Source: Sanchytrium tribonematis
Lineage: Eukaryota
Assembly (NCBI GenBank): GCA_018985235.1
Contig: JADGIG010000019.1
Coordinates: 1-44,879 of the forward strand
Direction: 5' to 3'
DNA length: 44,879 nucleotides
Below the pieces are notes generated by a model. That model worked only from the letters and a program-made list of their open reading frames with translations, did no database searches and was not told the origin of the DNA. Shown piece by piece: positions 42,604 through 44,879 of this stretch (positions are counted from its first letter, which is position 1; every line of letters begins with the position of its first letter). Position numbers and translations under genes: made by a program.

Positions 42604-42761
42604 GATCGTAAATTAAATGTTTAAGTTTCAAAAAGAATTTATTTAGAGTGGCTTTTTGCATTGTGGGTGATCATCATTCGTTTTTAATCGAAAGAAGAGT
42701 TTGTCGGGCTAAAATTTGCTCGCTAACTTCTTACATCAATTAGACATCTTTCAAAATCAAA

Positions 42762-44207
42762 TCATAACAATATATCTATACGATAGGTTACTAACGAGCC
42801 ATCGAGATATAATACGTATACGAGGCAAAAGCTTAAAAGCGGGTAAGCTGAATGGTATTGCTGTGAAACAGTGATTCCGGCAATTGGCGACTGAGGTGGT
42901 TCCGTCTCCTCGTTAAATACCTTAAGCGTTTTAAAGTAATATCTATCTGATGTTTTAAATAGCTTTAAAAAACAGCCACTACCTTGTTGGCTGGCGCACA
43001 CGATAACACCAGCTTCTGGGATCACTTCTAGTAAGCAGAACCTGTCGAAATGCTCCAGCAAAGCTGTCTGCTGTCTCAGTTCTAGACCTCTAACCACATT
43101 TGAGCAAGAATATAATGGTCTGAATGATGATTCGTGTATTTCGAATAAATATAGGTCATATTTTGATCCGTATAAAAATAAATCGCTAAATTCGGTGTCG
43201 CGAGAAAAAGCTAAAGATTTGATTTCCTCGTCATTACTCGAACCTACACTTGGGCTAGAATGAAAAGACTCTGTGTCGCTTGCACTAGAGAAAGAGTTCA
43301 AATTGTTTAAATATGTAGCATTTATATCGGAATTGTCTACAATCACATTTCTCGGAAATGCGTTTCTATTCAATGCAATAATTGTCTCTAAATCTCCCAT
43401 TCTAGAACCTCTATTGATTGCTGGGTAGATGGTGCCTAATAAATTTTGAACATCTTCTGTAATGTATTTTTGCAACTCGTGATTATTGCATTCTGCGGCC
43501 ATAGACTTAGATATACACCTTGTAACCCAGCCCCATTGATTATTTACCGTATGTATTGCCACGCAGGACCGATGTTTGATGCTCCAAATACGACAAGTTT
43601 TATCTATAGATGCAGTGACCAAAAATTGAGAACAAGAGGATATAGATACACACGGCACATTATTGCGATGGCCAGAAAATTGCGTGCCATCGCTGACTGA
43701 TACCTTTTTAAAAGGTCTAAATTCAGTCTCTAGTTCATCAAACCATGTGGAAGGTTTCTTTGGTTCGTATGAATTTGCAACCTTCCAAATTCGGATATCA
43801 TGATTATTACTTGTAACAGCTAAAAGACCACTCTTGTGAATATCTACACCCCAATTCGATGCAATATTGAAGAAATATAATGGCTTCTTCAAATTATAAA
43901 TGTCATATATGATAACTCCACCATCGTCCATGGCCAAAACCACACATGCCAAAGAACCACAGTATCCGGCTTTAATTTGATTTATAGTAGGACCAGAATC
44001 GTCTGTCAAAGATACGCTTACTTGGTAGCCTATATCGGTTGCTTTTAATGTGATAATGCGCTCAATAAGGTCAAAGTTTACATTGTAAACATAAACCTCG
44101 TCATGCACTGCAATAAATGTAAAAGAATGGATGGACGCAAGCAAATTTAGTCGCCAAGGTCTCAAGTTGAGAGCTCCTAATTTTTTAATATCAGTTTGAG
44201 AAATCAT
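42762..44207 (-). CDS. WD40 protein, Crt10-like
   Basis: PWRLNLLA...FIAV, NWGVDIH...LAVTSN and GHRNNVPCVSIS...LVTASIDKTCRIW. Confidence 0.6.
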   Translation of the reverse strand: MISQTDIKKLGALNLRPWRLNLLASIHSFTFIAVHDEVYVYNVNFDLIERIITLKATDIGYQVSVSLTDDSGPTINQIKAGYCGSLACVVLAMDDGGVIIYDIYNLKKPLYFFNIASNWGVDIHKSGLLAVTSNNHDIRIWKVANSYEPKKPSTWFDELETEFRPFKKVSVSDGTQFSGHRNNVPCVSISSCSQFLVTASIDKTCRIWSIKHRSCVAIHTVNNQWGWVTRCISKSMAAECNNHELQKYITEDVQNLLGTIYPAINRGSRMGDLETIIALNRNAFPRNVIVDNSDINATYLNNLNSFSSASDTESFHSSPSVGSSNDEEIKSLAFSRDTEFSDLFLYGSKYDLYLFEIHESSFRPLYSCSNVVRGLELRQQTALLEHFDRFCLLEVIPEAGVIVCASQQGSGCFLKLFKTSDRYYFKTLKVFNEETEPPQSPIAGITVSQQYHSAYPLLSFCLVYVLYLDGSLVTYRIDILL

Positions 44208-44240
44208 GTCTCAAGAAAAATATACAAAAATTGAGAGTGC

Positions 44241-44879
44241 TTAAGAATTTATTGCAAGTAGGTCAGATGTAACTTCTTTCCCGTTTATAAGATATTTTTT
44301 ATCCAAAGCCTTTTTAAATGCATTCATTAAAATGGCATTATCATTTAACAACTTTCGTTTTGTGTCCCTTAATTTCAATACATTTTCGCAATTGACAGAT
44401 TTTCCAGATTTTTGAATTTGAGCGATCTTTAAAAGAGAATTTTTAATTTTCTTGGCAGAATTGACGCTATCAATAGAAGAGTTTGCCAAATTTAAAAAAA
44501 GCTTCTCGATTCTTTCTTTTCCCAATTTCTGATCCGCCTTGAGTTCAATATACTTGTCAGAAAGTATCTGCTTTTCTTTGCTTAAAAGGAATGAAGAGCT
44601 TTTTAAAGAATCGTCAATTGAACTAGTTTCATCGGCTTCAATTTTCAACAATTTTTTTAATTGTTCCACTTTTTTAGCAGTGGACTTGATTGATTGGGTC
44701 ACTTGAACATTCTTCTTTTTCAGGTTGTCATAATCTTTCTGTCTATTTTCATTCTGAATTGTATATTCGTGCAAGATCTTCATTAAGTGTTTAAAGTATT
44801 CTTCTTGGCTAGCCTCAGACTGAAGTTTGAGAGTTTGTTTTTCCTCGAGCAGGTAGTTCTTGGAATCTTCATTGCAAGA
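44241..44879 (-). CDS. DRC2: DRC2/CCDC65-like nexin-dynein regulatory complex subunit, 5'-partial and divergent
   Basis: The frame stays open upstream of 44783 to the window end (SCNEDSKNYLLEEKQTLKLQSEASQEEYFKHLMKILHEYTIQNENRQKDYDNLK). This resembles CCDC65 NDLKNMNLEEKHFLRLHLE...KNYTDATEDRKAAFETLQ (recalled alignment). Confidence 0.6.
   Translation of the reverse strand, partial: SCNEDSKNYLLEEKQTLKLQSEASQEEYFKHLMKILHEYTIQNENRQKDYDNLKKKNVQVTQSIKSTAKKVEQLKKLLKIEADETSSIDDSLKSSSFLLSKEKQILSDKYIELKADQKLGKERIEKLFLNLANSSIDSVNSAKKIKNSLLKIAQIQKSGKSVNCENVLKLRDTKRKLLNDNAILMNAFKKALDKKYLINGKEVTSDLLAINS

Noticed and set aside
42709..42727. Minus-strand 19-nt GT-AG segment (gttagcgagcaaattttag) suggesting a hidden micro-gene
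   Set aside because: It lacks the T-8/A-6 pattern, and no sensible spliced ORF results (the nearby ATG reads ATG TCT AAT TGA).

Overview
AT-rich (roughly one-third GC by eye), extremely gene-dense eukaryotic DNA with about 30 protein genes in 44.9 kb and intergenic gaps mostly 0-80 nt. It uses the standard genetic code. The gene set (MDM10, KEX2, CSF1, BUB2, CRT10-like, plus MCM9, RBM39 and divergent axonemal DRC2/CFAP53-like genes) points to a compact-genome, zoosporic early-diverging fungus or fungal relative. A sanchytrid-like lineage is a guess, not shown. The main signal is that all 8 introns I could reconstruct are exactly 19 nt, GT-AG, with invariant T at -8 and A at -6, suggesting a fixed-length minimal spliceosomal intron system. 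Other notable points: a recurrent TTGAAAC element just upstream of start codons; 12-bp palindromic double poly(A)-like signals between convergent genes; a GPI-anchored PAN-domain protein with a long 7/11/29-residue repeat stalk; an MCM9 +1 frame break with no matching intron; an MLH3 with a degenerate ATPase domain; and a half-size ATR in frame with an upstream Ten1-like ORF. No CRISPR array, rRNA, tRNA or mobile element was recognised.
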